Positions 38,874-52,940 of a stretch of 64,000 bases of DNA are shown in pieces. This DNA comes from Octopus vulgaris (taxonomy: Eukaryota). The stretch lies in NCBI GenBank assembly GCA_951406725.2, contig OX597815.1:203112001-203176000 (forward strand), read 5' to 3'. A model generated the notes under the pieces. The model made no database searches, was not told the DNA's origin, and saw only the letters and a program-made list of their open reading frames with translations. The position numbers and the translations under genes were made by a program. Every line of letters begins with the position of its first letter. Position 1 is the first letter of the stretch.

Positions 38874-39104
38874 ATATTTCTTTATTGCCCACAAGGGGCT
38901 AAACACAGAGGGGGACAAACAAGGACAGACAAAGGGATTAAGTCGTTTACATCGACTCCAGTGCGTAACTGGTACTTGATTTATCGACCCCGTTATGATG
39001 AAAGGCAAAGTCGACCTCGGAGGAATTTGAACTCACAACGTAACGACAGACGAAATACGGCTACGCATTTCGCCCGGCGTGCTAACGTTTCTGCCAGCTC
39101 GCCG
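38874..39104 (-). mobile_element. SINE family C
   Basis: Full head and body. Confidence 0.9.
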
Positions 39105-39122
39105 TTCACTACCTCGTTGTTC

Positions 39123-39672
39123 CCCAGACCGGGCGTTGCTCTTTCTAGCAAGACGAACGACCTAGTTGGATGGCTCTGCAAAGTTGAATTTCAATCCCAA
39201 AAGCATACCGACAACGAAAGGCATTTCAGTTGTGACGACTCTGTCTTTAGGGATATATCTCGAACATCATTATGATAGTGTCTATTTCAGTATGGTACAG
39301 TTGGGTGGAGGCGCAATGGCCCAGTGGTTAGGGCAGCGGACTCGCGGTCGTAGGATCGCGGTTTCGATTTATTGAGAGAAAACACCTAAAAAGCCCCACG
39401 AGGCTCCAGCAGGGATGGTGGTGATCCCTGCTGTACTCTTTCACCACAACTTTCTCTCACTCTTACTTCCTGTTTCTGTTGTACCTGTATTTCAAAGGGC
39501 CGGCCTTGTCACTCTCTGTGTCACGCTGAATATCCCCGAGAACTACGTTAAGGGTACACGTGTCTGTGGAGTGCTCAGCCACTTACACGTTAATTTCACG
39601 AGCAGGCTGTTCCGTTGATTCGGATCAACCGGAACCCTCATCGTCGTAACCGACGGAGTGCTTCCAAATCCA
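39123..39672 (+). mobile_element. Chimeric SINE A insertion carrying a 169-bp copy of 3455-3636
   Basis: 12-bp TSD ACCTCGTTGTTC at 39111-39122 and 39673-39684 encloses a SINE piece, the captured DNA and the SINE. Confidence 0.88.
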
Positions 39673-40317
39673 ACCTCGTTGTTCAGGACCGAGATGCAAA
39701 CACGTAGTATGCAAACTTTCTCTGAAACATTTGAATACACTTTATAAATAAAAACACTTTTGTTAAATCGTAGAAATTGTAAATTTGCTGCTAAGATCCT
39801 CATATAAAAGTTATTACGTTTATAGACAGTACATAAACTTAAATTTAGACCATAAACCTAAATTTAGTTACAAAAGTGGGGAAGTAGTTAATTTTACACT
39901 TTTGATTCAAGGTTTGTTCTTCATCATCAAACATCAAATATTAGCAGTATATCTTGCAACGCCTTCTTTAGTAGAGTGTCGCGCCCAACCGGCAATTAGT
40001 GATTTGAATATCGTTTAACTTGGCCTAAAAGGAAAAACAATAAAATTAACATGTAGCTCTTTAAGATTGAATGGCAGGCAATATATATAGCATAACTGGC
40101 AATACAATTGTCCTGATAAACAATGAAGACAGTCGGTAATTGTTGAGTTTTAGTATCTAATATATGCAGGTCAGTAGAAAGCGGATAACAAAAGTGGGTA
40201 TAGGTTCAAATTTAAATTATCTTAGAACTTACATATCGATTCCATTTCAAAATGGCTCAGGTAATATGTAAAATCTAGGTTTCCTTTCAAGCTTCATTCA
40301 TATTTTAGCGATGTATC

Positions 40318-40522
40318 TCTCTACTCTTTTACTTGTTTCAGTCATTTGACTTCGGCCATGCTGGAGCACCTCCTTTAATCGAGCAACTCGACCCCGGGAC
40401 TTATTCTTTTGTAAGCCCAGTACTTATTCTATCGGTCTCTTTTGCCGAACCGCTAAGTAACGGGGACATAAACACATCAGCAATGCTAGGGGGACAAACA
40501 CAGACACACAAACACACACACA

Positions 40523-40570
<48 letters not shown>

Positions 40571-40720
40571 TACGACGGGCTTCTTTCAGTTTCCGTCTAC
40601 CAAATCCACACACAAGGCTTTAGTAGAAGACACTTGCCCAAGGTGCCACGCATTGGGACTGAACCCGGAACCATGTGGTTGGTAAACAAGCTACTTACCA
40701 CACAGCCACTCCTGCGCCTA
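40318..40720 (-). mobile_element. SINE family B
   Basis: Aligns to family B. Confidence 0.9.
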
Positions 40721-40779
40721 TATGTACACGTATAAAATATTAATTTATCACCAAAGAATCCTTCCCTCCGTGTCTTTAA

Positions 40780-41420
40780 ATGACCTTGAGGTAGAAGACA
40801 CTTAGAATGGCATCTCCAAGCAACAAAGTTCTGGATATGTGTTAAACTATGAAGTTTGATTCTGTGTGCACATACCTATATGTATGTTCATACACACGTA
40901 CATACAGATCGGTAGCCTGGCACCACACTAGCAAAATTTAATAAGGCTACTATCTTTCCGCGTATGATCAAGCAATGTGTATAGTACTTACTGAAACGGA
41001 TCTATTTGCAGATATAGTTTTGTAGATACAAGCTTAAATTTATTATGTTTTGTAAAAGCAGGGAAGAAATTACTTTGGCATTTCCAAGAACATTCGCTAA
41101 GATGCAAACCCCTTAAGCATATTCGAACTTATTCTTTGTGCATATTATTAAAATAGCAACAAAATGTAGGCGAGGAGCTGGTTGGATTCTGAGGCAATTC
41201 AAACAAAGAAAGGAGGAAACTATGTTGGAACTGAAAATAAAATTTCATTTTCAATCTTGTGGATTACTGTTCCCAATTATGGTTACCATATGACGTCAGC
41301 TTAATAGCGGAGGCCGAGAAAATCCAACATTTCTAAAGCTAAAAGATTGCTCCTGAGCAACTCATGAGCTGCCACAAAAAGGTGAAGAGGACTGAGGCCC
41401 TATTCCTCAGAGCAAAAACG
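40780..41420 (+). mobile_element. Very old CR1/L2-type LINE RT remnant
   Basis: Residual AGWILRQFK and VDYCSQLWLPY…EKIQ motifs. Confidence 0.55.
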
Positions 41421-41735
41421 CGTATGCAGAGGGCTGCTGCTGCTGCTTCTGCTACCTAAGCAAAATATGACTGTTAAGAAAAGCATGAACATACAGAACT
41501 GATATCATGAAAGACTGATTTAATATAGTTTACTTCATTTTCTTCTAACTTTTATTTGAGCATTATTAAATCATATTTTTAAGCGATTGAAATTGGTAGC
41601 TTATTTATACTAAAGTGTAAATACTTTCTCACATTCTTCAATGATAAAATGTTCTCCTTTTTATTTATTAATTCTTTGTTTGTTTTTGGTTTTTTTAAAT
41701 AAATTTATAACTCGAGTCATTTAACCTTTTCTATA

Positions 41736-42112
41736 TCTCTTCTCTCTATATATAAACGGCAGTTTGTCTGTGCGTGTTTCTGTGTGTCTGTTTTCTCGTA
41801 CCCTCACTCTGACCACGGCTTTCAACCGATTCTGATGAAACTTGACACACACATAGCCCAATGTCATAATTCAAAACTAACGCAGCGAAAAGTTTGAAAA
41901 GTTCCCCCAGTTCTGAAAAAAATCGATAAATTCGACATGGGGTCGAGAATCAGAAACCCAAACCACAGACCGTCTAGGGGACGCAACTCGACCTTTTTAA
42001 CTAAAAAAAAAAAATTACCATCATTTTTTTTCCATTTTTTGGCTATAACTCTCTAAAAATGCTTTATAGTTATTTCCCTTACAACCCGAGCAACGCCGGG
42101 CGATACTGCTAG
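41736..42112 (+). mobile_element. Non-autonomous Helitron
   Basis: 5' TC, subterminal GC hairpin (CCCGAGCAACGCCGGG), 3' CTAG; inserted between A41735 and T42113; no TSD. Confidence 0.8.
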
Positions 42113-42554
42113 TAGATATATATGGAGAAAAATTATTGATATGGTGTTTAATTTTCAGATTGAAAACTATACATCACCCCAATTGGGTGTCACTGTTCCA
42201 TACAAAAGATCCTCACCACTCTATTCAGAATAAGGACCCAATACTGCACCCATGATCTTGCATCTTTTCAATATCTAATCGAAAGTCTTCAGATGTACGA
42301 CGTATTGATGTATATGTGGGAAAATGTAAAAACAAAATTTTCATCTGAGACAGAGTTGGTTCTGTACTTACACGCATCATGGCAAGGAACGCAAATGAGG
42401 GCAGCGTTTACCAATTCTTTTATTCACCAAAACCAAACACGGAGAGAGTACTGACGGAACTAAAATGAAATATACTCATAATCACACCAATGTCGATGCC
42501 CCGCATGGTGTCCACAATCTCTGTTTGAAACAATAAAATTTTAAAGTAGAAGTG

Positions 42555-42588
<34 letters not shown>

Positions 42589-42615
42589 CATACACACACA
42601 CATGTATATATGCCC

Positions 42616-42655
<40 letters not shown>

Positions 42656-43036
42656 GTGTCTGTGTGTGTATCTGTCTCTATATATGTATGTGCATATATA
42701 TATATATAAGTATATATACATATATACATATGTACATGTATATACATGTGTATGTATATAGATGTATGTGTGTGGTGGGGGTAGTAGGAGAAAGCAAAAT
42801 AAGTTCAGTATAGATAACACAGTGCTCAAAAGGATGGGAACTTAAATTCCAAGTTCTTCATCCAGGGTCGAAGCCTCCGTATCGAAAGCTAGCTATAAGA
42901 ACAATTCTTACCCAGTTGTTATGGAGATATCAAGGTAAGGCAGACACCGTAAATTTTCATGGAGCACAAAATACACATCACAAAACAAGTGAAAAAGAAC
43001 ACAAAGCAGATACGAAGAATTATGTAAAGTCTTATA

Positions 43037-44403
43037 TCTCGACAGATGTTCCAAAACGGCCATAGCTTACGTAAGTACTAAGTAACATGAGCATGACGTC
43101 ATAGATTTGAGTCCAGCGAGAAGTCCCGATGAAATGGATACAGTAAGTTAGACACTATTTCAGGAGCAGAATGCAAAATCATAAACCTGTGTTTGTGTGT
43201 GTGTGTGTGTGTTGTGTGGGTGTAATATTGACGCGTTGGCAGATGTGTTAAAGGGTCAGATAGAATGGTTTTCTGTATGCTGCTGCTGTTTGAGTTTAAA
43301 CCCCTTTTTTTTCTTTTTCGTTTTTTTAATTGTTTCAGTCATTTGACTGCGGCCATGCTGGGGCACCGCCTTTTAGTCGAGCAAATCGACCCCGGGACTT
43401 ATTCTTTGTAAGCCCAGTACTTATTCTATCGGTCTCTTTTGCCGAACCGCTAAGTTACGGGGACGTAGACACACCAGCATCGGTTGTCAAGCAATGCTAG
43501 GGGGACAATCACACAAACATACACACATATATACATATATACGACAGGCTTCTTTCAGTTTCCGTCTACCAAATCCACTCACGAGACATTGGTCGGCCCG
43601 GGGCTATAGCAGAAGACACTTGCCCAAGATGCCACGCAGTGGGATTGAACCCAGAACCATGTGGTTGGTTAGCAAGCTACTTACCACACAACCACTCCTG
43701 CGCCTCTCGACAAATGTTCCAAAACGGCCATAGCTTACGTAAGTACTAAGTAACATGCGCATGACGTCATAGATTTGAGTCCAGCGAGAAGTCCCGATGA
43801 AATGGATACAGTAAGTTAGACACTACTTTTCAGGAGCAGAATGCAAAATCATAAACCTGTGTGTCTGTGTTTGTGTGTATGTGTGTGTGAGTGTTTGTGT
43901 GTGTGTGTTGGGTGGGTGTAATATTGACGCGTTGGCAGATGTGTTAAAGGGTCAGATAGAATGATTTTCTGTATTTGCTGCTGCTGTTTGAGTTTAAACC
44001 CCCCTCTTTTTTTCTTTTCTTTTTTACTTGTTTCAGTCATTTGACTGCGGCCATGCTGGAGCACCGCCTTTAGTCGAGCAAATTGACCCCGGAACTTATT
44101 CTTTGTAAGCCCAGTACTTACTCTATCGGTCTCTTTTGCCGAACCGCTAGGTGACGGGGACGTAAACACACCAGTATCGGTTGTCAAGCAATGGTAGGAG
44201 GACAAACACACACACATACACATATATATATATACATATATACGACAGGCTTCTTTCAGTTTCCGTCTACCAAATCCACTCACAAGGCATTGGTCGGCCC
44301 GGGGCTATAGCAGAAGACACTTGCCCAAGATGCCACGCAGTGGGACTGAACCCGGAACCATGTGGTTGGTTAGCAAGCTACTTACCACACAGCCACTCCT
44401 GCT
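43037..44403. repeat. Tandem duplication (period about 668 bp): about 290-bp flank plus minus-strand SINE B, twice
   Basis: TCTCGACA(G/A)ATGTTCCAAAACGGCC starts at 43037 and 43705; SINE B copies at about 43325-43704 and 44020-44403. Confidence 0.92.
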
Positions 44404-44859
44404 CGTATATTTAATTTATTTATTTAATTTATTTTCGCCCTTTCTCTTTCTTGGTAGATAAATAAAATAACTAACATGATCGATATATAAGCGGAATGCT
44501 AAATTATTGTACGATATGCATTAAAGGATCTGTTTGACTGTGTGCCACTGAGAAAATAAAACGATTCCCTACGAACCCGACAAAATTAGTTGTAGTGTTG
44601 GCACGTCATTAACCAAGACCTCAACATTTCAGCTGATCAGTCTCGTGTCTAAATATCAGCTAGCATGAGATAATGCAAAGAGACTTCGCGCATACTAGAG
44701 TATAGAAATACTATTCAAGTTGGCAAGGGGAATACTAATATAAAGATACTAGCATGATTGGAAATCAAAAGGTGAAATTCAAGAGAACAGGTGCTCTTGA
44801 TCCAGACTTTATTATTCTGCCAGCTTCAATGTATAAACTGTCAAATACGCAGATCATTG

Positions 44860-45125
44860 CCAGGAACAGGAAAAAATAACTTGAACTACTGTATTTATAT
44901 ATTTAGACAATACATGTGTCGGACGCACACAGTAAGGTCTACCTCAGAATTGGAAAAGCCAATGAAGCGTTTGATAGATTTGGAAACTATAACTAATCAT
45001 TACTATCGAATTTTAAATAGCAGTCTACAATTCAGTGTCTATTCTTCTTTATGTCAGGGAAACACTACATCTATGTAAAAACGTTGAGTAAAGATTTAGT
45101 GGTACCATCAACGGTGACTTCGGCG
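44860..45125 (+). mobile_element. Old RTE-type LINE remnant
   Basis: KVYLRIGKANEAFDRF, ILLYVRET and YHQR*LRR resemble RTE C-terminal RT motifs RIxKAxxAFGRL, LLYGxETW and FHQRCLR. Confidence 0.55.
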
Positions 45126-45708
45126 GCGACGGTGGCGGTTTGGTGGTAATGTGAGAAATTTAATGTTTTGCTATTCTAGTACGGTTACACTGGGGAGAGA
45201 CTAAGGTTGTTATTTCGTGACGAAAGTGATGTGGCAATATATTCTAAACACAGCGGCATTGTAGTAAATGCGATAATATTGAGATAATTGTAAGGTCAGC
45301 ATTATCAGTAAGATTTTCCTCGCAAGCAGAATATTCCGTTTACAAACAGAGAGCTTAATGAAGATAGCGGAAAAAAACATTCAAGGTATTTTTACTAAAA
45401 ATATTTTGTTCATGCTTTATCCATTGAATCGCTTGAAGCTGTTCAAAGACTGGCACTGATATATAATGAGGTGATCCTTTATTCCTTATGTGATTGTGAA
45501 GTGTAATTTGCAAGGTAATCACTAAGCAAGCTACACATAGTTCATCCAAGGCTAATCAGATTGTTGTTTCTCTTACTAAAACTGGCATTATTAATGTCTG
45601 AAATCATTTATAATAAAATGTTAGCGTAATTCTTTTTCATAATATACTTCATTTTCATGCAATCAAGATATGATTACTTGTTTCCAAATATCAATAAAAT
45701 TGTTTTAA

Positions 45709-46330
45709 GGCGGCGAGCTGATAGAATCGATAGCACGCGAGCAAAATGCTTGGCGACATTTTGTCCGTAGTTCAAACTTCGCCGAGGTTAACTCAGCCCT
45801 GTCATCCTTTCGTTCTGAGTTCAAATTCCGATACGTTCTGAGTTCAAATTCCGCCGAGGTCGACTTTGCCTTTCATCCTTTCGGGGTCGATAAATTAAGT
45901 ACCAGTTACGGACTGGGGTCGATATAATCGACTTAATACGTAGGTATTTCTTCTGGCTTTACATTCTGAGTTCATGTTCCATCGACGCCTATTTTGCCTT
46001 TCATCCCTTTTGTGATTCTTAAAATAAGTACCAGTTCAACATTGGAGTTGATGTCACCGACTATCACTAACACCACCACTACCACCACCACCATTACCAC
46101 CACCCCCATAAAAATTAATTTCAGGCTTTGTGCATGTAGTAGAAAGAAATATTGGTTTCAAATCTTGGTATAAGACCAGGAATTTCGGAGGAAGGATTAA
46201 GTCAGTTACATCGACCCCAGTGCCCAATCTCGAAAGGACGAAAGGCAAAGTCGACCTCGGCAGAATTTGAACTAAGAGCGTAAAGACGGATGAAATGAAG
46301 CAAAGCATTTTGCCCCGGCGTGTGTATTCT
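45709..46330. mobile_element. Cluster of SINE C copies in both orientations
   Basis: Repeated TTCTGAGTTCAAATTCCG units on +; reverse copy at about 46170-46330. Confidence 0.8.
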
Positions 46331-47819
46331 TCTAGCAGTGAATGATAAAATAGCTCCGTAAGAAAAAAAAATTAGATGCTTTTGTATATAGAATAGTACA
46401 ACTACGTAACACAAACAAAAACGTCATAGTACATAAGTAGTAAAACAGATGTTCCTTAATCTAAAGGCAACACGTTAATATCACGAGCATTAAGAACTGG
46501 ATCCCATCAATAGGTGTGCATTTTTTCTTCTTTTTGTATCCATTCAATGGTTGTATTTTATATAATTTAAGTACAATATTAACCGTTAATATTTAATTCT
46601 TTTCAATCTCACAGCACTGCGTTTTAGGGAAAATTACTTTTAATTTTACCCATGGGAGTGGAAATATCGAGACAGAAACTACACACGAGCGTGCGTGCGC
46701 ACGCATATAAGCGTATATACCGCATTGTATATGCTTGTCTCTATGTATAGAGTCGTAAAACAGTATATCGATTTATGTTATTTTACATCAAAATATGAAT
46801 CAGCCATTCTGAACTTCAGCAGTAGCTCATAAATAATTTGGTCAAATATTGCCTTTATAAAATAAAATATATGGATTGCGGGGAGAGCAGAAGATAAGAG
46901 TGTAGGAAGGGAGATGGATACAATGTGAGAGAGAGGAAGGTGGAGAGCAATCGGTTTCTTGGTGCATAGATGATCATGCATAACACAGTCTGTAAGAAAG
47001 AAATATCCCACGTTATAACAGTTACACAAACTGTCATTTTAGAAGGTTAGTGTTTACAAAGAGAACCATATTCTTTAAATATATTTACCTTGTCTTCACG
47101 TGTGTAAAAGTATGAAACAATCTTACGAACTTTATGGATTTTTTCATTAATATAATCAGTATGTTCTAGAAGATTTTTTTACCGACATGATCCGAACACA
47201 GAAAGAAGGGAAAACACAAATTCGTAAAACTATGCATTGTAAAGTCGTTTGTAAGTTTATATCTTCCAGTTATTATCAATGGTTATAAAAAATACCCTTT
47301 ATGAAAACAAATCACTCTCAATGAATATTTTAACGCAGTTTTCGTGAGTTTGTTTCAGGGTTATCAAATTACGATAATCAAGAGAAAACAAGTGTTGGAA
47401 AAAAATGTAAAATTTACAAAAGAAAAAGCAAGAACGGTGCTTATAATTTTATGAACATTCGCCTCGAGCACAATGGGCCTCATTTCATCGGTTTTTGCAC
47501 GCAATTGTTATCTAAAAAGTTGTTTGAAAAATTTAGTGTTGAGAGTTTTTGGCAAAAAATAAAAATAAAAAAAATATCATCAGTTCAGAATATTTTAGCA
47601 AGCCTGGGTCAGAATATTCGACATGTTGAAGTACACGGTAAGACTATTAACATGATTCATGTCTTAAGAGATAAAATTTATAAATAAATAATTTTGAATT
47701 CTTATTTCTGTGTTTATTCTCTCTACATCAGGATTAAATAGATTATAAGAAAGGCTGCTGGTTTTACATATACATAATACATATATATACACAAACAAAT
47801 AGACGCGAATATATATATT

Positions 47820-47857
<38 letters not shown>

Positions 47858-47972
47858 CACAAATCTATTCATCCATACATACATTCCATTATTCTTTATG
47901 GTTTTATGGTTTTCAGGTCAGAGGCTATGGCCATGCTCGTTCACCGCCGATACACACACACACACACACACG

Positions 47973-48031
<59 letters not shown>

Positions 48032-48339
48032 GTAAGCGTATAACTGCAAAACAAGGTGGTAGAAAATAGTACTCGAATACTGATGGTAGAGAAATATGCT
48101 TTGTATTGAAGCCGAAAACAGTTTTGCAATTTGTGAAGATTTTTTTTTCAGCTTTAATAAAAAGTACTTGAGTCAATGTGCGCGCGTGTGTGCATGTGTG
48201 TATGTATGTAAATGCGCATATGTGTGTGTACTACATACATATGCACAGATATACATAAATATATATATACATGCACACACACACCACATACGGACAGAGA
48301 TACACACGCACACACGCACACGCACACACACACACACAT

Positions 48340-48370
<31 letters not shown>

Positions 48371-48789
48371 TATGCATACATAAATCATGCATACATACAT
48401 ACATACATACATACATACATAGACTCATACACACACATGCATATAATATATGTGCTGTCATAATATCGTGTTCTAGGCTCTATCGAAAATGACAGAGCTT
48501 TTTCTACTGTATCTTTAATGCTACTGTGGTTGTATGATAGCTATTTGGTGAGTTTACTTTGCAACAGCCTTTTCCTTTTAAGGATCACCCTACTGTAAAG
48601 CAGTTTAGCGAACTATAGAGCCCCGGCTTGACGAAATCCCTTCGTTAATGAAGTCTGTAAACGTAATTCTGCGTAATTCTACCCAATCGACATCATAGAA
48701 ATCTCTTCCAAACTACTTCTACCCTTTTAAAGGTAAACGCACTCTACAATGTTGAACTAAATCTCACTTGAACTTTCTCAGAATGTGCA

Positions 48790-48983
48790 CTGTGGTAAGG
48801 GGGCTGCTTCCTAACCACATGGTTCGATGTACACTTTCATTGCGTGGCATCTTCAGCAAGTATATTCTACTATAGTAGCTTCGAGCCGTCCGAAGCGTTG
48901 TAAGCGGATTTGGTAGACGTAAACTGAAAGAACCCCATCGTATATATATGTATATATACCTATATATATGTGTGTGTGAGTGT

Positions 48984-49019
<36 letters not shown>

Positions 49020-49222
49020 ATGTGTGTGGATGTGTGTGTGTGTGTCCCGCCACCACTCGAAAACTATGGCTGGTGTGTTTACGCCCCTGCTACTTAGCGG
49101 TTCGGCAAAAGCGACCAGGTTTTTAAAATTGCTTCTGGGTCGATTTATTCGACTAAAAATTCTTCATGACTACAGCCCAATGACTGAAACAAGTATGGTA
49201 TAAAAGATAAAAGATAAAAGAT
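48790..49222 (+). mobile_element. SINE family B, old
   Basis: Diverged family B body and tail. Confidence 0.75.
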
Positions 49223-49469
49223 AATACTGTTCAATCAACAAAGTCCACCGGATAGCTGAGCAACAAAAACAATCTCAGATGGAAGCTTATTAATTCACAA
49301 ATACGACTAGAAAATAAAATCACAGGATTTTAAAAATGCAGAGGCACAATGATGGAGAGAGGACATTTGGAACAATAGTTCAGATATTGAGGGTTATCCT
49401 ATCTGTAGCCTGTTTGCAGTCACTCCAAAGATGCATACTGGTAAATGTTATCACAGATCATTGAGAGAT

Positions 49470-49890
49470 AGGTGCAGGAGTGGCTGTGTGGTAAGTAGCT
49501 TGCTAACCAACCACATGGTTCCGGGTTCAGTCCCACTGCGTGGCACCTTGGGCAAGTGTCTTCTACTATAGCCTCGGGCCGACCAAAGCCTTGTGAGTGG
49601 ATTTGGTAGATGGAACCTGAAAGAAGCCCGTAGTATATATGTATATATATGTGTGTGTGTGTGTCTGTATGTGTGTGTGTGTGTCTGTGTTTGTCCCTCT
49701 AGCATTGCTTGACAACCGATGCTGGTGTGTTTATGTCCCCGCTACTTAGCGGTTCGGCAAAAGAGACCGATAGAATAAGTACTGGGCTTACAAAAGAATA
49801 AGTCCCGGGGTCGAGTTGCTCGATTAAAGGCGGTGCCCCAGCATTGCCGCAGTCAAATGACTGAAACAAGTAAAAGAGTAAAAGAGAGAT
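49470..49890 (+). mobile_element. SINE family B, full length and young
   Basis: Intact box A/B head, body and tail. Confidence 0.93.
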
Positions 49891-50075
49891 CATATCCGAA
49901 TAAGTCACTATAGTGATACATTCACGGTAGCTAAGACAACGAATTAAGAATGTCATTGAAGTTTCGGACTGAATACCTTGAAGTAGTCCTTCGTTCTTAT
50001 TGTCAACACTTTGAGTTAAAATCTTACCGCAACCTACTTTCTTTTTATCATAGTTTCGGTTCGGAGAGTAATTCT

Positions 50076-50138
<63 letters not shown>

Positions 50139-50949
50139 CTCCTTCTCGCTCTCTCTAATTTCGTGAGTAGAAATATAGGTGATCAAATAACTGAATGTTT
50201 ATCGTAGAGACGGTTGCAGAAGCACAGCCACTTTGTCAGGAGACGATTATTATTGATCCCTTAGCATTATAAGCAGGTATCAAAAAGCCTATATATTGCA
50301 AGTTAAGAAGAGCCAAACATTATGACTAAATATAAAAGCTAATTCTTTCCGCTATTATTAATAAAAATACATTATTTTAGCAACCTTTATACCAGTTGCT
50401 CTTCATGCAGCCGGCATCCCTTAGTATATTTTCTTTCCAGTCAAACATTCTTCTTTGGAAAATTATTAGATTAGAACCAGAACACCTCCACCAAAAAAAG
50501 ATAAATAAATTTCATATATTTTGGATAATCATGTGATAAGATGCTGACAATATTCAATATTTCTGAAATGCTACGAATGTTGCTTGCTTCAGAATTGTTG
50601 CAGCCAATTCAATACATCCAGTAACTAACACCCCCCCCCCCACGCCCCGCCCCCACTCACATACACACAAACACACACGCACTCACGCACGCTCACAGCT
50701 AAATAAATAATTATTGATAAATGAAACACCCAACATTTACGGTGTTTAATTAGTTTTTTGTTCATTAAAAATGCACCTTTCTTTAGACCAATTTCTTGCT
50801 ATATTACACATACGTTTCTCGTCATCAATAAAAAGTAAGATTTTTAATTAAAAATATAAATTTTCAGATTCAAGAAATTCCCCCCCAAGCCCCAGACACT
50901 CACACACACGCAGAATCATACACACACATATATAAGATACATCTACATA

Positions 50950-50999
<50 letters not shown>

Positions 51000-51240
51000 G
51001 TATATATGTGTGTGTGTGTGCGTGCATGATTGTGTGTGTGTGTCTGTGTGTGTATGTGTAAGCACGTATATATATAGGTATATATATATATATATATATG
51101 CAAGTATATATTTATATGTATATGTGTATATATATATATATTTATATATAAATAATTTACAATAACCTTTAAAGGTATTTTTTGATATGCTGGCCATTGA
51201 TGAAATTTTTTTCCCGAAAAAAATTTTATCCTACATTAGT

Positions 51241-51285
<45 letters not shown>

Positions 51286-51304
51286 TTATGCATATACATA
51301 TATA

Positions 51305-51680
51305 CAGGAGTGGATGTGTGGCAAGTAGCTTGCTTACCAACCACATGGTTCCGGATTCAGTTCCACTGCGAGGGAACTTGAGCAAGTATCTTTTACCATA
51401 GCCTAGGGATGGCCAAAACTTTGTGAATGGATTTGGTAGATGGAAACTGAAAGAAGCCCGTCGTATATATGTGTGTGTGTATGTATGTATGCCCCCCCCC
51501 CCACAATCATTGCTTGACAACTGATGTTGGTGTGTTTATGTCCCCGTAAGTTAGCGATTCGGCAAAAAATACCGATAGAATAACTACTAAACTTACAAGG
51601 AATAAGTTTTGTGGTCGATATGTTCGAGTAAAGGTGGTGATCCAGCATGGCCGCAGTCAAATAACTGAAACAAATACAAG
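51305..51680 (+). mobile_element. SINE family B
   Basis: Aligns to family B. Confidence 0.85.
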
Positions 51681-52075
51681 AATATATGTTTATATATCAT
51701 GATTATATGTATATTTACGTATGCACTCATTCATATATATATAAATATGTATGTACATTTCTATGCATTCGTGGAGATATAATAAAAACGAGAAAAGGTC
51801 ACAAAATGTCATACGAAATAACTTTTTTTTTTATTTCTTGGAATTTACTTCCCTTCAACAGAAGAATACACAAATGCTTCCCAGTCATTGAGATCAACTT
51901 CAAATAGAAACGAGAGATAATAGCAAAATTTTTCTATAAATTTCACATAACATTGAAAAGAAAAATACAGCCTCTGCAGGCGAGGCTGAGTGATAAGAAG
52001 CTTGCTTCCCAGCCGCATCATTGTGGGTTCAATCTCACTGTGTGGTATCTTCGGTAAATATTTTCCTGTTTAGCC

Positions 52076-52940
52076 CTAAATTTAAAAGATGAGGAATTAT
52101 GTACATTATTTACATTTGACGGATATTTGTCCTCATCTTGTTTGTTGTTAACACAACCTTTCGGCTGATATACCCTCTAGCCTTCATCAGGTGTCTTGAG
52201 GAAATTTCGAGCCTCGGTTCTCATTGCTAAGGAATTTTTTCGATATTATCATCATTATTATTATTATTAATATTATTGTTATTATTATTATATAATCTTT
52301 ATCATTATTCGGGTCATTGCTTGCAATCGAACTCGGAATCGTGGGCAATTATGGAGTAAATTTTAAGGCTTATAAATCTAATATTTTCTGTCCTTCCTTA
52401 TTACCGGTTCCCATATGCTACTCATAACTGCACTCGGTCTACTTAAGAGGTTGTTGTGTCCTAGGATATGTGCTGCTTCTTTTAATTTTCTTATTTTCCA
52501 TTGGTGTTCTCTGTCCATTATTTTTAATTTCATCCCACGAGGGGAGGTGGTCTCCATTTTCCCATACATGATCAGCTATACCCGATTTATCAATATATCC
52601 CCGTGTCACAGCTTTGCGATGTTCGTCTACCCTTATTTTGAGGGGGCGGCATGTTTCACCTTTGTTTCACCTACCACAGCTGCATGGGATGGAGTGCACG
52701 CAGTCTTTGGTCATATTCTCTTCTATTGTTGGTTTTACTCGAAGGAGATATTTGCGAAGTGTTGTATTACTCTTGAATACTGTCCTGATGTCATACCTTA
52801 GGAATGAGAACCCAGGTTCGAAATTTACCCAAGACACTTGATGAAGGCTTGAAGATCTATCAGCCGAAACGTTGTGTTAGCAATAAAAAACACGATGAGG
52901 ACAAATATCCGTCATTTGTAAATAATGTAAATAATGTACA
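52076..52940 (-). mobile_element. 5'-truncated Poseidon-type PLE: GIY-YIG remnant between inverted pLTRs, each with a minimal HHR
   Basis: KDCVHSIPCSCGR*NKGETCRPLKIRVDEH…KIRKLKEAAHI. Inverted repeats at about 52093-52232 and 52797-52945. HHRs at 52151-52194(-) and 52834-52877(+). TSD TTTTC(C/T)TGTTTAGCC at 52061-52075 and 52941-52955. Confidence 0.88.

Noticed and set aside
41830-41845. CTGATGAAAC inside the Helitron
   Set aside because: No room for stem II and no stem I or III; chance match.
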